In this document: one piece after another, positions 10,338-21,559 of the stretch
Position numbering within the stretch: position 1 is the first letter of the stretch
Layout: each line of letters opens with the position of its first letter
Assembly: GCA_003284185.1 (NCBI GenBank)
Contig: QBWB01000001.1
Location: 1,526 to 65,525 of the forward strand
Source of the DNA: Prochlorococcus sp. AG-315-C08
GTDB lineage: Bacteria > Cyanobacteriota > Cyanobacteriia > PCC-6307 > Cyanobiaceae
DNA: 64,000 bases
Direction: 5' to 3'
The notes under the pieces: model-generated
Seen by the model: the letters and a program-made list of their open reading frames with translations, nothing else
Database searches by the model: none
What the model was told of the DNA's origin: nothing
Made by a program: the position numbers and the translations under genes

Positions 10338-13244
10338 TTAGTTCCCTATTAAGAAAAGAAGTTTTTCAGATCCATCATTGGAGGTTTTTACATTAATAGT
10401 TTTTGCGCCTTGAAAGGCTTCTTCTAAAATTTGTGTTGCTAAAGGATTTTCTAGTCTCCTTCTTATAACTCTTCTAAGTGGCCTGGCTCCATATTCAGGC
10501 TCATGCCCCTCCTTTGCAAGAGTTTTAATGGTTTGATCATCAACCTGTAGCTCTAAATGTTGTTGAGCAAGAAGTTTTTTTAATTCCTTAAGTTGTAGAC
10601 GAACGATTTGTTCTAAATCTTCAATTTTAAGTGGTCTGAATCTTATTACCTCATCAATTCTGTTAAGGAATTCTGGTCTGAATTGCTTTGTTAGGGCTTC
10701 ATTTATTGTTTCATCTAATTCTTGTGCCAGCTTATTTTGATCTGAATTTTTGTTTTTTGCGTTTAGTGCATTATTTAAAATTGCTTTGCTGGCTAAGTTA
10801 CTTGTCATAACAATTACTGTATTTCTAAAATCAACTGTTCGACCTTGAGAATCAGTTAGGCGTCCATCATCTAAGACTTGTAAAAGGATATTGAAAACTT
10901 CCGGATGAGCTTTCTCTATTTCATCCAGTAGCAAAACTGCATATGGCCTTCTTCTTATTGCTTCTGTTAATTGTCCCCCTTCTTCGTATCCAACATATCC
11001 AGGAGGAGCTCCTAAGAGTCTTGAAACCGCATTCCTTTCCATATATTCACTCATGTCAAGTCTCAAAAGAGCGTTTTCTTCATCAAACAATGAAGTGGCT
11101 AGTGTTTTAGCGAGTTCTGTTTTCCCAACACCTGTTGGTCCAAGAAATAAAAAAGATCCTATAGGTCTTCTTATATCTTGCATGCCAGCCCTAGCTCTTC
11201 GAATTGCGGCTGAGACTGCTTTAACAGCAGTAAATTGGCCAATAACTTTTCTCTCCAAGTCTTTTTCTAAATTTAAAAGTTTTTGCCTCTCTCCGGCTAA
11301 AACTTTATTAACAGGGATACCAGTCCATCTAGATACAACATCAGCAATATCTTCTGACTCTACTTGTTCTTTAATTAATGCTTTTCCTTGTATATTATCT
11401 TTCTTAATATATTCTTCAATCATTTCTTTTCTTTCTTTTATTCTATAAAGTTCCTCATATTCTAGTCTTTCCGCTTCTTCAAGGTATCCTGATCTTTCAG
11501 CTTCAATAATCTCAACTTTTAATTCTTCATCCTTTTTATTCAATTCTTGTAGCTCATCAAATTTGTCAAGTTCATCTTGCCATTTTTGTTTTATTTTAGT
11601 TAATTCTGTAATAGCTAATTTCTTTTGTTCTGTAAGAATATGTATATTTTCTAATGAAGATTTATTATCTGCCTTGATAATTAATTGTGTTAATTCATCA
11701 ATTTGAGACTCCTTTTCTTTTATTTGTTGTGGCATAGACGAAGACTCGATCTTGACTTGAGCTGATGCTTCATCGATTAGATCAATAGCTTTATCAGGGA
11801 GACATCTATCACTTATATATCTATCAGCTAATAGGTTTGCTGTTATTAAAGCTTGATCTGTAATAGTTACACCATGATGGAATTCATACCTCTCTTTTAG
11901 CCCTTTTAAAATTTCTAGACTCAAATCTAAATTAGGTTCTTTAATCAAAACTTGTTGAAATTGCCTATCTAATGCCTGGTCTTTTTCGATAGTGCGTTGA
12001 TAGTTTTCAGGGGTTGTTGCTCCAATACAACGTAAATCTCCACTTGCTAATAATGGCTTCAATAAACTTCCTGCATCTAAATTGCTCCTCTCTTTGCTTA
12101 CAACTGTATGTAATTCATCAATGAATAAGATTCCCCCAGGTTCGCTTTCGCTTATTTCTGTAAGTAATGATCTTAATCGCTCTTCGAATTGACCACGAAA
12201 CTTGGCCCCGGCGATTAACGCTCCAATATCAAGTGAAATAAGTTTTAGACCTTTTAATGAATCAGGAACTTCGTTGAGTACAATTCTTTGAGCTAATAAT
12301 TCAGCAATTGCTGTTTTCCCTACACCAGGGGCTCCAATTAATACAGGATTATTTTTGCCTCTTCTAGATAAAACTTTGATAATGCTTTTTATCTCAGGAT
12401 CTCTTCCTATAACAGGATCTAATGATCCAGCTGCAGCTGCAGCTGTTAGATCTTTCCCATAGGCTTCTAAAGCTTTTGGCTGTTCATTTTGATTGAAATT
12501 TTCTTGCTCCTGCAGCTCATTTTCATTGAGACGCTGAATGCTTTCGTCATTTTTGATTGCCAGACTACTTTTTTCTTTTGTGATTGATGTCTGCGGTTGC
12601 TTAACTAGGTTTTTTGATTTAACTTCAGTTGACCTTAAAGATTTGGAATTTATTTGTGAAATCTCATTAATTGACAGGACTTGGCTATCTTTAGATTTTC
12701 TAAATGATTTTGGTGCTGGGAGACGTCTGAGTTCTCCTTCGAGAATTTCACTTGGCAAGCCTGCTTGATGAAAAAGATTTTCACCTAAGCGTTGATCTCT
12801 ACCAATTGCAATAAGAATATGGGAAATTTCAATTAGGTTTGATCCCCATCTAGAACGAAAATTCTCTGCGTTTTCAAGTAGATTTTCCAAATCTTCGCCA
12901 ATAAATAGATCTTGTTGATTATTTATTGGCAAATCAGCGAGAAAATTCTCTAGGTTTTCATTTAGTTCCTGATGGTTTATAGGTAAAGGGTTTGTAAATC
13001 TTTGAAATTTTTTATTTCTAAAAAGGACTTGTATAAGATGCTCTACGTCTAAATTCTCATGTCTCCATCTTCTGGCTGATTGCTCAGCAGTTAATAAAAG
13101 ATTCCATGCCTCATCGCTAAAGCAATCTGGATCTGAGGTGAGACTTCTTTCCATTCTTGAAGAGTTTTGATTCAAAGTGGTCATTTTCCTGTTGAATTCA
13201 TTTTGAGACTTTTTAGGAGAAATGTTCATTCTTATGCTCTCCAA
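10338..13244 (-). CDS. clpB: ATP-dependent chaperone ClpB (divergent ClpB2 type); true start may be a downstream ATG
   Basis: Clp N domain, two AAA+ modules (GAPGVGKT, GPTGVGKT), coiled-coil M domain, GYVGY pore loop, YGARPLRR. Confidence 0.93.
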   Translation of the reverse strand: MESIRMNISPKKSQNEFNRKMTTLNQNSSRMERSLTSDPDCFSDEAWNLLLTAEQSARRWRHENLDVEHLIQVLFRNKKFQRFTNPLPINHQELNENLENFLADLPINNQQDLFIGEDLENLLENAENFRSRWGSNLIEISHILIAIGRDQRLGENLFHQAGLPSEILEGELRRLPAPKSFRKSKDSQVLSINEISQINSKSLRSTEVKSKNLVKQPQTSITKEKSSLAIKNDESIQRLNENELQEQENFNQNEQPKALEAYGKDLTAAAAAGSLDPVIGRDPEIKSIIKVLSRRGKNNPVLIGAPGVGKTAIAELLAQRIVLNEVPDSLKGLKLISLDIGALIAGAKFRGQFEERLRSLLTEISESEPGGILFIDELHTVVSKERSNLDAGSLLKPLLASGDLRCIGATTPENYQRTIEKDQALDRQFQQVLIKEPNLDLSLEILKGLKERYEFHHGVTITDQALITANLLADRYISDRCLPDKAIDLIDEASAQVKIESSSMPQQIKEKESQIDELTQLIIKADNKSSLENIHILTEQKKLAITELTKIKQKWQDELDKFDELQELNKKDEELKVEIIEAERSGYLEEAERLEYEELYRIKERKEMIEEYIKKDNIQGKALIKEQVESEDIADVVSRWTGIPVNKVLAGERQKLLNLEKDLERKVIGQFTAVKAVSAAIRRARAGMQDIRRPIGSFLFLGPTGVGKTELAKTLATSLFDEENALLRLDMSEYMERNAVSRLLGAPPGYVGYEEGGQLTEAIRRRPYAVLLLDEIEKAHPEVFNILLQVLDDGRLTDSQGRTVDFRNTVIVMTSNLASKAILNNALNAKNKNSDQNKLAQELDETINEALTKQFRPEFLNRIDEVIRFRPLKIEDLEQIVRLQLKELKKLLAQQHLELQVDDQTIKTLAKEGHEPEYGARPLRRVIRRRLENPLATQILEEAFQGAKTINVKTSNDGSEKLLFLIGN

Positions 13245-13318
13245 GTTCCGTTATTTAGGTCTTGGAAAGCAAGTTGGATTAACAATTAAGCAACTTATAG
13301 GAATATTGTGGTCCATAA

Positions 13319-14644
<1,326 letters not shown>

Positions 14645-14677
14645 TTTTTTCAGATAAATTAATTTTTTTAGTATCAA

Positions 14678-16351
14678 TTAAATTCTTTTTTCCTGAATTT
14701 TATCAAGTCGACTATCCCCTCTCATCTTAAATTGTAATTTCATCCAACTTAAGCCGATCGGGAAAGCACAAAATAGGGGTATTAAGAATAAAAAAGGTTT
14801 ATTGGTTGAAGCTAGTAAAGCAGAAGAAATTGAGAGAGAACCTAATAGAACAGAATTAGCAAGTATTTTTTGAACATTAATCATCCGACGTAATTGTCTA
14901 TCTGACTCTCCCATGCGTATTTGAAGTTGTAAATCTCCCTGTTCTAATCTATCAAGATTTTCATCTAATCTTCTCGGTAAGCCAACTGCTTTACTTCCTA
15001 TTTCGCTAACTTGTCTGCCTAACTCATTAAATAAATCATTTGAATTTGAATTGTTTGAAGTCATCAGAGGTAAAAGAAAAGGTTTTGCTATTGCTATTAA
15101 ATTAAAACTGGGATCAAGTTTACGACCTACACCTTCAAAAGTTGATAATGCTCTAAAAACAAATATCAACTCGATTGGTATTCTAAATGATTTTCCATAG
15201 GCTAGTTCAGAAAGATCTCCAGAAAGCTTTTCTATTATTTGAGCATTAAAAGGAGGTGTTAGAGCTTCCTTAAGCATAACTCTTATTAATCTTCTTACAG
15301 GACCTATTTCAATATCTGTCTCTAATAAACCAGCAATCTGTAACTCTTTAACTAATCCATTAACGTCTGATAATGCGGCAGCCTTTATCATTGCACTTAA
15401 CCTTCCCCTAATGCGTTCTGAAACAAAACCCATCATTCCAAAATCATAATAAATAAGTGAACCATCCTCTGATACTGCTAGATTCCCAGGATGAGGATCT
15501 GCATGGAAGAAGCCGTATTTGACTAGTTGTTCTAAATAACTTGTGGCACCTATTTTTGCTATTAATAAAGTATCAAGATCTTTCTTTCTGAGTGATTCTA
15601 TATCATTAATTTTTATACCTGGCATGTATTCAAGACAAAGAACTTTTTTTGTGCTCAAATCCCAAATAACACTTGGTATTAGTATTTTCTTATCATCTAA
15701 AAATTGTTGTTTAAATCTTGCTGCATATTGAGCTTCTATTCGAAAATCTAATTCTCTAAGTAATACTCTTTTGCATTCTTTTGCTATGCCCACCCAATCT
15801 TTTCCTTGACTTAAACTTTTATTTTTTTTGACCAATCTAGCAACTTGTTGCATGACCTCCAAATCAAGTCTAAAAAAACTTTCTAGGCCTGGTCTTTGTA
15901 TTTTTAGTACTACTTCCTTCTGATTGGTTAATGTGGCTTTATGTACTTGAGCAAGAGATGCCGCACCTATTGGATTTCTATCAATACGTTCAATCTTATT
16001 TTTAGAATCTCCAAGCTCGCTGGTTAGAACTTCTTCAACATCCTTATAAGCAAAAGGAGGAACTTCGTCTTGTAAAGAAGAAAGTTCATTGACCCATGAA
16101 GAAGGAATTACGTCTGCCCTTGCAGATAATAGTTGGCCTAATTTGATAAAAGCTGATCCTAAATTTACTAATTCTTTTGTAAGCCATTTGGCTCTTATCC
16201 TTTGCCTTAATTCTTTTTTTTCCTTACTGTATCTCCAAAGGTAAGTCCACTGTCTAGAGTCAATCCAAAGAAAAAATAAAAGAGATATTAGTGTTATCCA
16301 GATTCTTAATGCCCTTCCTGTTTTTAGTAATTGGGAAAGTATAAGCTTCAA
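14678..16351 (-). CDS. AarF/ABC1/UbiB family atypical kinase
   Basis: FIKLGQLLS, AASLAQVH, KIQRP, FFHADPHPGN, DFGMMG; C-terminal TM helices. Confidence 0.93.
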   Translation of the reverse strand: MKLILSQLLKTGRALRIWITLISLLFFLWIDSRQWTYLWRYSKEKKELRQRIRAKWLTKELVNLGSAFIKLGQLLSARADVIPSSWVNELSSLQDEVPPFAYKDVEEVLTSELGDSKNKIERIDRNPIGAASLAQVHKATLTNQKEVVLKIQRPGLESFFRLDLEVMQQVARLVKKNKSLSQGKDWVGIAKECKRVLLRELDFRIEAQYAARFKQQFLDDKKILIPSVIWDLSTKKVLCLEYMPGIKINDIESLRKKDLDTLLIAKIGATSYLEQLVKYGFFHADPHPGNLAVSEDGSLIYYDFGMMGFVSERIRGRLSAMIKAAALSDVNGLVKELQIAGLLETDIEIGPVRRLIRVMLKEALTPPFNAQIIEKLSGDLSELAYGKSFRIPIELIFVFRALSTFEGVGRKLDPSFNLIAIAKPFLLPLMTSNNSNSNDLFNELGRQVSEIGSKAVGLPRRLDENLDRLEQGDLQLQIRMGESDRQLRRMINVQKILANSVLLGSLSISSALLASTNKPFLFLIPLFCAFPIGLSWMKLQFKMRGDSRLDKIQEKRI

Positions 16352-16668
16352 TTTTTCTCCTCAATATTGCGATTGAAGTTCATAACTTTTGATCTAAGGT
16401 TGTCAATTTTTCTTTGAATTAGATCTTCATGTGATGGATTTTTCTTAGTCTTTTCTTCATCTTTTGGTCGAGTTGTTTTTGAGGCTTTTTCTATACGTAT
16501 CGATTCTTCGATTACTTCATCTTTAAATTGGCTCCATTCTTCTTTGATTCTGCGAGGTGCATCTTCAGCTATATCCGCCAATTCTTCAGCGGAATGGATT
16601 ATTGTTTTTCCTATTCGAGCTGCCACCCTATTCAGTGTGGCTTTAAGCAAGGTTTCTGAATCGCTCAA
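16348..16668 (-). CDS. Conserved hypothetical helical protein coupled to the ABC1 kinase gene
   Basis: 106-aa ORF; 4-bp stop/start overlap with the kinase gene. Confidence 0.75.
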   Translation of the reverse strand: MSDSETLLKATLNRVAARIGKTIIHSAEELADIAEDAPRRIKEEWSQFKDEVIEESIRIEKASKTTRPKDEEKTKKNPSHEDLIQRKIDNLRSKVMNFNRNIEEKN

Positions 16669-16676
16669 GAATCTAT

Positions 16677-17195
16677 TTAGTCAGCTTTTACTCTAAGAGA
16701 TTTAGTAACTTTTGGTTTGTCAAGATTTTTCAGAAGGCTATCAACATCTTGTGCTTGAAAAAATGCAAGATTTTTTTTGTAAGCTGATTGGTTCATATTG
16801 TTTATTTTTTTAGAAAATTCTATGGTGAAACTTAGATAAGAATTATCTGAAATAATGATATTAATTTTTTTTGGGACTTTTAATACTTTCGTAGGTGAGT
16901 TATTTCTATTTTTTATTAACTGATTGAGGGGTGTTTTATTGTCAATATTGAGTCTGCTCTCTCTGTGGGAGATTTTCTCTTCCTTCCTTATAGAAGGAGG
17001 ATTTTTAAAAATGATGGATTGTTCTTTATACAAAGATTGATTCAGGTTTTCTTGATTTGAGGGGTTTGTATCAATGGTTGATAGCAAGATATTCTTCGTT
17101 GTCGAATACCCAAGCCCTATAAAGGCTCCCGTAAAAAAAGGCCAAAACCATTTTCTTGAACGAAATTCGAATAGACTCTGAAAGGTTAAATTATT
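16677..17195 (-). CDS. Hypothetical membrane-anchored protein; 5' end apparently frameshifted (intended ATG at 17203)
   Basis: Frame open from 17195, encoding ...RSRKWFWPFFTGAFIGLGYSTTKNI upstream of the ORF-track TTG at 17087. Confidence 0.55.
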   Translation of the reverse strand, partial: NNLTFQSLFEFRSRKWFWPFFTGAFIGLGYSTTKNILLSTIDTNPSNQENLNQSLYKEQSIIFKNPPSIRKEEKISHRESRLNIDNKTPLNQLIKNRNNSPTKVLKVPKKINIIISDNSYLSFTIEFSKKINNMNQSAYKKNLAFFQAQDVDSLLKNLDKPKVTKSLRVKAD

Positions 17196-17437
17196 TTAGT
17201 CATTGGATTTATATGTATTTATCTTTGGGATTTGGACTTCGATCTAGGCAGATTTACTCTTTATCAAGTAAATCTATATAGAAGCTTGTTAGGTCCATCG
17301 AAAATTGACACAATCTTAACTACAGTTGGATTAAACGAATTTGATTTCACTTGGACTGAAAGGCTAATCTTTTACTCCAACTCAAATCAAAACTTTTCTT
17401 CTCGAAAGAGATAAAAAACTACTAAGAGAATCTTCCA

Positions 17438-18394
17438 GTGGAAACCATTGAAACTGATGTTGTAATAGTTGGCGGTGGACCTGCTGGTTGCAGTTGTGCC
17501 CTGTACACCTCTAGAGCAGATTTGAAAACAGTCATTCTGGATAAAAACCCAGATGTAGGTGCATTAGCAATAACCCATCAAATTGCTAATTATCCTGGTG
17601 TTTCGAGTGAGATGAGTGGAGAAGCCTTATTGAAATTAATGAGAGATCAAGCAATTCAATATGGATCAGATTATCGAAGAGCTCAGGTTTTTGGTATTGA
17701 TTCTAGTGGGGATTTGAAAACTGTTTATACACCGGAGGGTACCTTTAAAGCGAAAGCTCTAGTTGTTGCTAGTGGAGCAATGGGAAGGCCAGCATCATTC
17801 AAAGGCGAGGCTGAGTTTCTTGGTAAAGGAGTGAGTTATTGCGCAACATGTGATGGTGCTTTTTATAGAAATCGCGAAGTTGCAGTTGTGGGCATTAATA
17901 AAGAGGCAATTGAAGAAGCAAATGTTTTGACCAAATTTGCTTCAAAAGTTCATTGGATTACAACTAATGATCCAAAGCCAGATGATGCTCATGCACAAGA
18001 TCTATTGGCGAAATCAAACGTTAATCATTGGAGTAAAACAAGATTAATGCTGATAGAAGGTAATGAATCCGGGGTGACTGGTATTAAGCTCAAAAGTCGT
18101 GCTAGTGAAACGCAAGAAGATTTACGTTTGGATGGCGTGTTTGTCTATATGAGTGGTTCTAAACCAATTACAGATTTCTTGGGCGATCAAGTTGCATTTA
18201 AAGAAGATGGAGGAGTTTTAGTTGATGATTTTATGTCTACAACAGTTGAAGGAGTTTGGGCAATCGGTGATATTAGAAATACTCCTTTTAAACAGGCTGT
18301 AGTGGCAGCTTCTGATGGTTGTATTGCTGCAATGGCAATAGATAGGTTCCTAAATAGCCGTAAATCAATTCGAGTTGATTGGGTACATGCATAA
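17438..18394 (+). CDS. Flavin thioredoxin reductase (TrxB-like; probable NADPH-independent DTR/FFTR type)
   Basis: GGGPAG FAD motif, CATCD active site, WAIGD; degenerate NADPH motifs; C-terminal DW tail. Confidence 0.9.
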   Translation: METIETDVVIVGGGPAGCSCALYTSRADLKTVILDKNPDVGALAITHQIANYPGVSSEMSGEALLKLMRDQAIQYGSDYRRAQVFGIDSSGDLKTVYTPEGTFKAKALVVASGAMGRPASFKGEAEFLGKGVSYCATCDGAFYRNREVAVVGINKEAIEEANVLTKFASKVHWITTNDPKPDDAHAQDLLAKSNVNHWSKTRLMLIEGNESGVTGIKLKSRASETQEDLRLDGVFVYMSGSKPITDFLGDQVAFKEDGGVLVDDFMSTTVEGVWAIGDIRNTPFKQAVVAASDGCIAAMAIDRFLNSRKSIRVDWVHA

Positions 18395-18411
18395 ATAATA
18401 AATATTAATTT

Positions 18412-18693
18412 TTATAGTGGGGTCGCTTCAGAAAGAAATGCAACCCCCCCGTAATAACTAAGAACTGATTTTATACTCTCTTTAATCTTGTCAATTATTT
18501 CTTGTTCACAGAAAATAATTACATGAGCATTTGCACCAAATCCAGTAAATTCCATATCTTCTGAAACAATTCTCTCTGGTCCTCTGCCAGTTGCATGTTT
18601 CAAAATAGTGTAACCAGGGACTTCTGCTTTTTCTAATACTGAGAGAACATTATCCAATTCTCTTTCACTGAAAATCAAATCTAATCTTTTCAT
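18412..18693 (-). CDS. P-II family regulator, SbtB-like
   Basis: GYTI...TGRG, C-terminal YGGVAFLSE; directly downstream of an SbtA-family gene. Confidence 0.85.
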   Translation of the reverse strand: MKRLDLIFSERELDNVLSVLEKAEVPGYTILKHATGRGPERIVSEDMEFTGFGANAHVIIFCEQEIIDKIKESIKSVLSYYGGVAFLSEATPL

Positions 18694-18702
18694 GAAATTA
18701 TT

Positions 18703-19698
18703 TTAACTAAGTTGAGGGATCATTTTGTTGACTAAGCTCATGTAAACAGGTATTCCAATGATGATATTAAAGGGGAAGGTTAGCCCAAGAGTTGTTGAAA
18801 TGTAATAACTTGGTCTGGCTTCTGGTACTGTCATCCTCATTGCAGTTGGAACAGCCAAATAAGATGCACTTGCACATAGTACAACAAATAAAAGTGCATT
18901 TCCTGGTTCTAAATTTAAAAGTCTAGCTACTAATGAGCCTAATACTGCATTAAAGATAGGCATAATTATAGAAAACATAATGAGAAAAGCCCCTGTTTTA
19001 TTAAGCCTTGCAAGTCTTTGAGCAGCTACTATTCCCATGTCTAGTAGAAAGAAACACTCAGCCCCATAAAATAATTCCCCAGTAAATGGTTCCATTTTTT
19101 GTATGTCGGAGGGATCAAAAGTTGCAGTTAAGAAACCAATAAGCAGGCTTCCAAGTAATAAATAGACTGATCCATTAAGCATTGATTCATGAAGAATCGC
19201 TCCCCATTTCATTATTCTTTTCTTAGGTTTATCTTGAGTAGCTCCATATTTAACAAGAAGAAGACCAATTATGATTGCTGGTGACTCCATCAATGCTAAA
19301 GCTGCAACCATGAAACCATCAAAAGGTATATTTTGACTTTCAAGAAAACTTTCAGCTGTTATAAATGTAACTGCACTTATAGATCCATATGCTGCAGATA
19401 TTGCAGCTGAATTATAAACATCAAATTTAATCCTGAGTATAAAAAAACAAATTAGTGGAATAAATAGAGACATTAATATTGCAGCCAGCACAGTTTCAAG
19501 TACTGGTTGGCCAAAACCACTTTTACTTAGTTCAATGCCTCCTTTAAACCCTATTGCCAGTAATAAATATAGTGAAAATAACTTCGGTAGTGGAGCTGGA
19601 ATCTCAAAATCAGAGCGTAAAGCATATGCTATTGCCCCCAAAAAGAAAAAAAGTATTGGAGGGCTTAAAGCATTTTGTATTACTAGATTATGAAACAT
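18703..19698 (-). CDS. sbtA: SbtA-family sodium-dependent bicarbonate permease
   Basis: YLLLAIGFKGG, YGSISAVTF, MESPAII, FLLDMG, ASASY, LGLTFPFNI. Confidence 0.88.
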   Translation of the reverse strand: MFHNLVIQNALSPPILFFFLGAIAYALRSDFEIPAPLPKLFSLYLLLAIGFKGGIELSKSGFGQPVLETVLAAILMSLFIPLICFFILRIKFDVYNSAAISAAYGSISAVTFITAESFLESQNIPFDGFMVAALALMESPAIIIGLLLVKYGATQDKPKKRIMKWGAILHESMLNGSVYLLLGSLLIGFLTATFDPSDIQKMEPFTGELFYGAECFFLLDMGIVAAQRLARLNKTGAFLIMFSIIMPIFNAVLGSLVARLLNLEPGNALLFVVLCASASYLAVPTAMRMTVPEARPSYYISTTLGLTFPFNIIIGIPVYMSLVNKMIPQLS

Positions 19699-19747
19699 TG
19701 CTAGTTAGTTAAGCATTAAATTAATTCAAAATTAATGATAGAAATGG

Positions 19748-21415
19748 TTAAATATTAATATCATTAATTGCAGCGGTAAGAGCTTCTTTCCTGGAACCAA
19801 TAACAACCACTCCAAATTTAGATAGTCGTTCTTTTACTCTACTATTTGCACCTGCAACATATGCTTTCCTTGAATTCTTAGATGCCTCTTGGACCATATC
19901 CTCAATAGCCAAAGTGGCAGTTACACCCAGCCTTGGCACATCAGTTATATCAAGAATTAAGACTTTATAATTTCTTATAAGCATCATCCTTTCTGTAATT
20001 CCCTTTGCGGCTCCAAAACTAAGAGGTCCCTTTAACCGGAAGAGCATTACTTCTCCAGCACAGCGATCTAAAAGGGCTTTCTCATCAGAAGGTAATTGTG
20101 CGTTGGCAGGATTAATATTTGAAGAAGAATCTAAGGGGTTGTCTGCTTCCATCCCTTCTAATTGAGTTTCTGTAATGGAATCAATTGTAAGCATATTTGC
20201 AATGAATACTCCTACAAGCACTGCCCAAATCAAATCCCAGAAAACAGTCATTAAAAGGACCCCATACATCACACTTGCAGTTTTCAGTGAAAGTCGATGA
20301 GCCCTTAAAAGAAATCCCCAATCAATGATGTCTAAACCAACTTTGATGAGAATTCCTGCAAGAAGAGCAGTAGGTATCTGAGCGGCTAGTGGCCCTGCGC
20401 CAACTAAAACTATTAATAGGACTAATGAATGAACCATCCCAGAAATAGGAGTGGATCCACCTGATTTGACATTGATTACTGTCCTCATGGTGGCTCCAGC
20501 ACCGGGTAAACCTGTAAAAATACCGGCTATCGCATTGCCTATTCCTTGTCCTATTAATTCACGGTCAGAATTATGTCTAGTTTGAGATATATTGTCGGCA
20601 ACTAAAGATGTGAGAAGAGAATCAATAGCACCTAGAACTGCTAGCACTAATCCAGCTTTAAGAATTATAGGGAAAAAATTATTAAAGCTTGGGTCAGGCA
20701 GACTTATTGATAGACCACCTTCTGGGATTGCTCCTATTCGATCTAGGCCGTTATCACCAAAAAGAATTATTGATAAAGGGGTAACAATTAATAATGCTAA
20801 AAGAGGTGAAGGTATCCATTGGCTTATCCGTCGTGGAGTAAGGAATACTATTGATAGAGTCATTATGGCAACTGCTATAGCTGCTCCGCTTGGTTCGAAA
20901 TTATTAAAGAGTGTAGAAAGAGACTCTAAAACGCCTCCTCTGGTTGTTATTCCTAGGAGAGGTCCGATTTGGAGAGTAATGATAATTACCCCAATTCCAG
21001 ACATAAATCCTGAGACTACTGAATAGGGAACCAGTGTGATGTATTTCCCAAGTCTTAATAGGCCAAATAAGATTTGAAATAACCCACCAATAACAACAGC
21101 CGCCATCACAAGGGGCAAAATCTCTCCTGCAGATAAATCTCTAGGGATCCCAACTGAAGCAAGACTGGCAACTACTCCAGCAACTGTGACGCTCATTGGT
21201 CCAGTTGGACCGCTTACTTGAGCGGGTGTGCCGCCAAATAAAGCAGCAAGGAACCCAACCACTACAGCTCCATATAGCCCATATATTGCACCGCCAGGGC
21301 CTAATGCAGCATTACCAAATGCTAGAGCGAGAGGAAGCGCTACTACAGCTGCTGTCAGGCCTCCTAAGACATCACCTCTAATATTTTTCAGGTGAAAGCC
21401 ATTAATTAACGCCAA
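19748..21415 (-). CDS. SulP/SLC26 anion transporter with STAS domain (BicA-like)
   Basis: GLTAAVVALPLALAFG, QVSGPTGPM, GAGATMRT, GPLSFGAA (STAS). Confidence 0.92.
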   Translation of the reverse strand: MALINGFHLKNIRGDVLGGLTAAVVALPLALAFGNAALGPGGAIYGLYGAVVVGFLAALFGGTPAQVSGPTGPMSVTVAGVVASLASVGIPRDLSAGEILPLVMAAVVIGGLFQILFGLLRLGKYITLVPYSVVSGFMSGIGVIIITLQIGPLLGITTRGGVLESLSTLFNNFEPSGAAIAVAIMTLSIVFLTPRRISQWIPSPLLALLIVTPLSIILFGDNGLDRIGAIPEGGLSISLPDPSFNNFFPIILKAGLVLAVLGAIDSLLTSLVADNISQTRHNSDRELIGQGIGNAIAGIFTGLPGAGATMRTVINVKSGGSTPISGMVHSLVLLIVLVGAGPLAAQIPTALLAGILIKVGLDIIDWGFLLRAHRLSLKTASVMYGVLLMTVFWDLIWAVLVGVFIANMLTIDSITETQLEGMEADNPLDSSSNINPANAQLPSDEKALLDRCAGEVMLFRLKGPLSFGAAKGITERMMLIRNYKVLILDITDVPRLGVTATLAIEDMVQEASKNSRKAYVAGANSRVKERLSKFGVVVIGSRKEALTAAINDINI

Positions 21416-21559
21416 TAGCCTCTCCTTGATTGATTTAACTTTAATAAGCCTATATCTTCAAGGTTCGATTATGCTTGGCTTTTTTACTTTTAAATACTTG
21501 GATTAAAATTAGATTGACTTATTAGGTTGTCTTTAGCCTAGTGACTTCTTGTTGAATGA

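Noticed and set aside
17232-17414. 60-aa TTG-start ORF upstream of the thioredoxin reductase
   Set aside because: No recognisable motif or RBS; occupies the expected divergent promoter region
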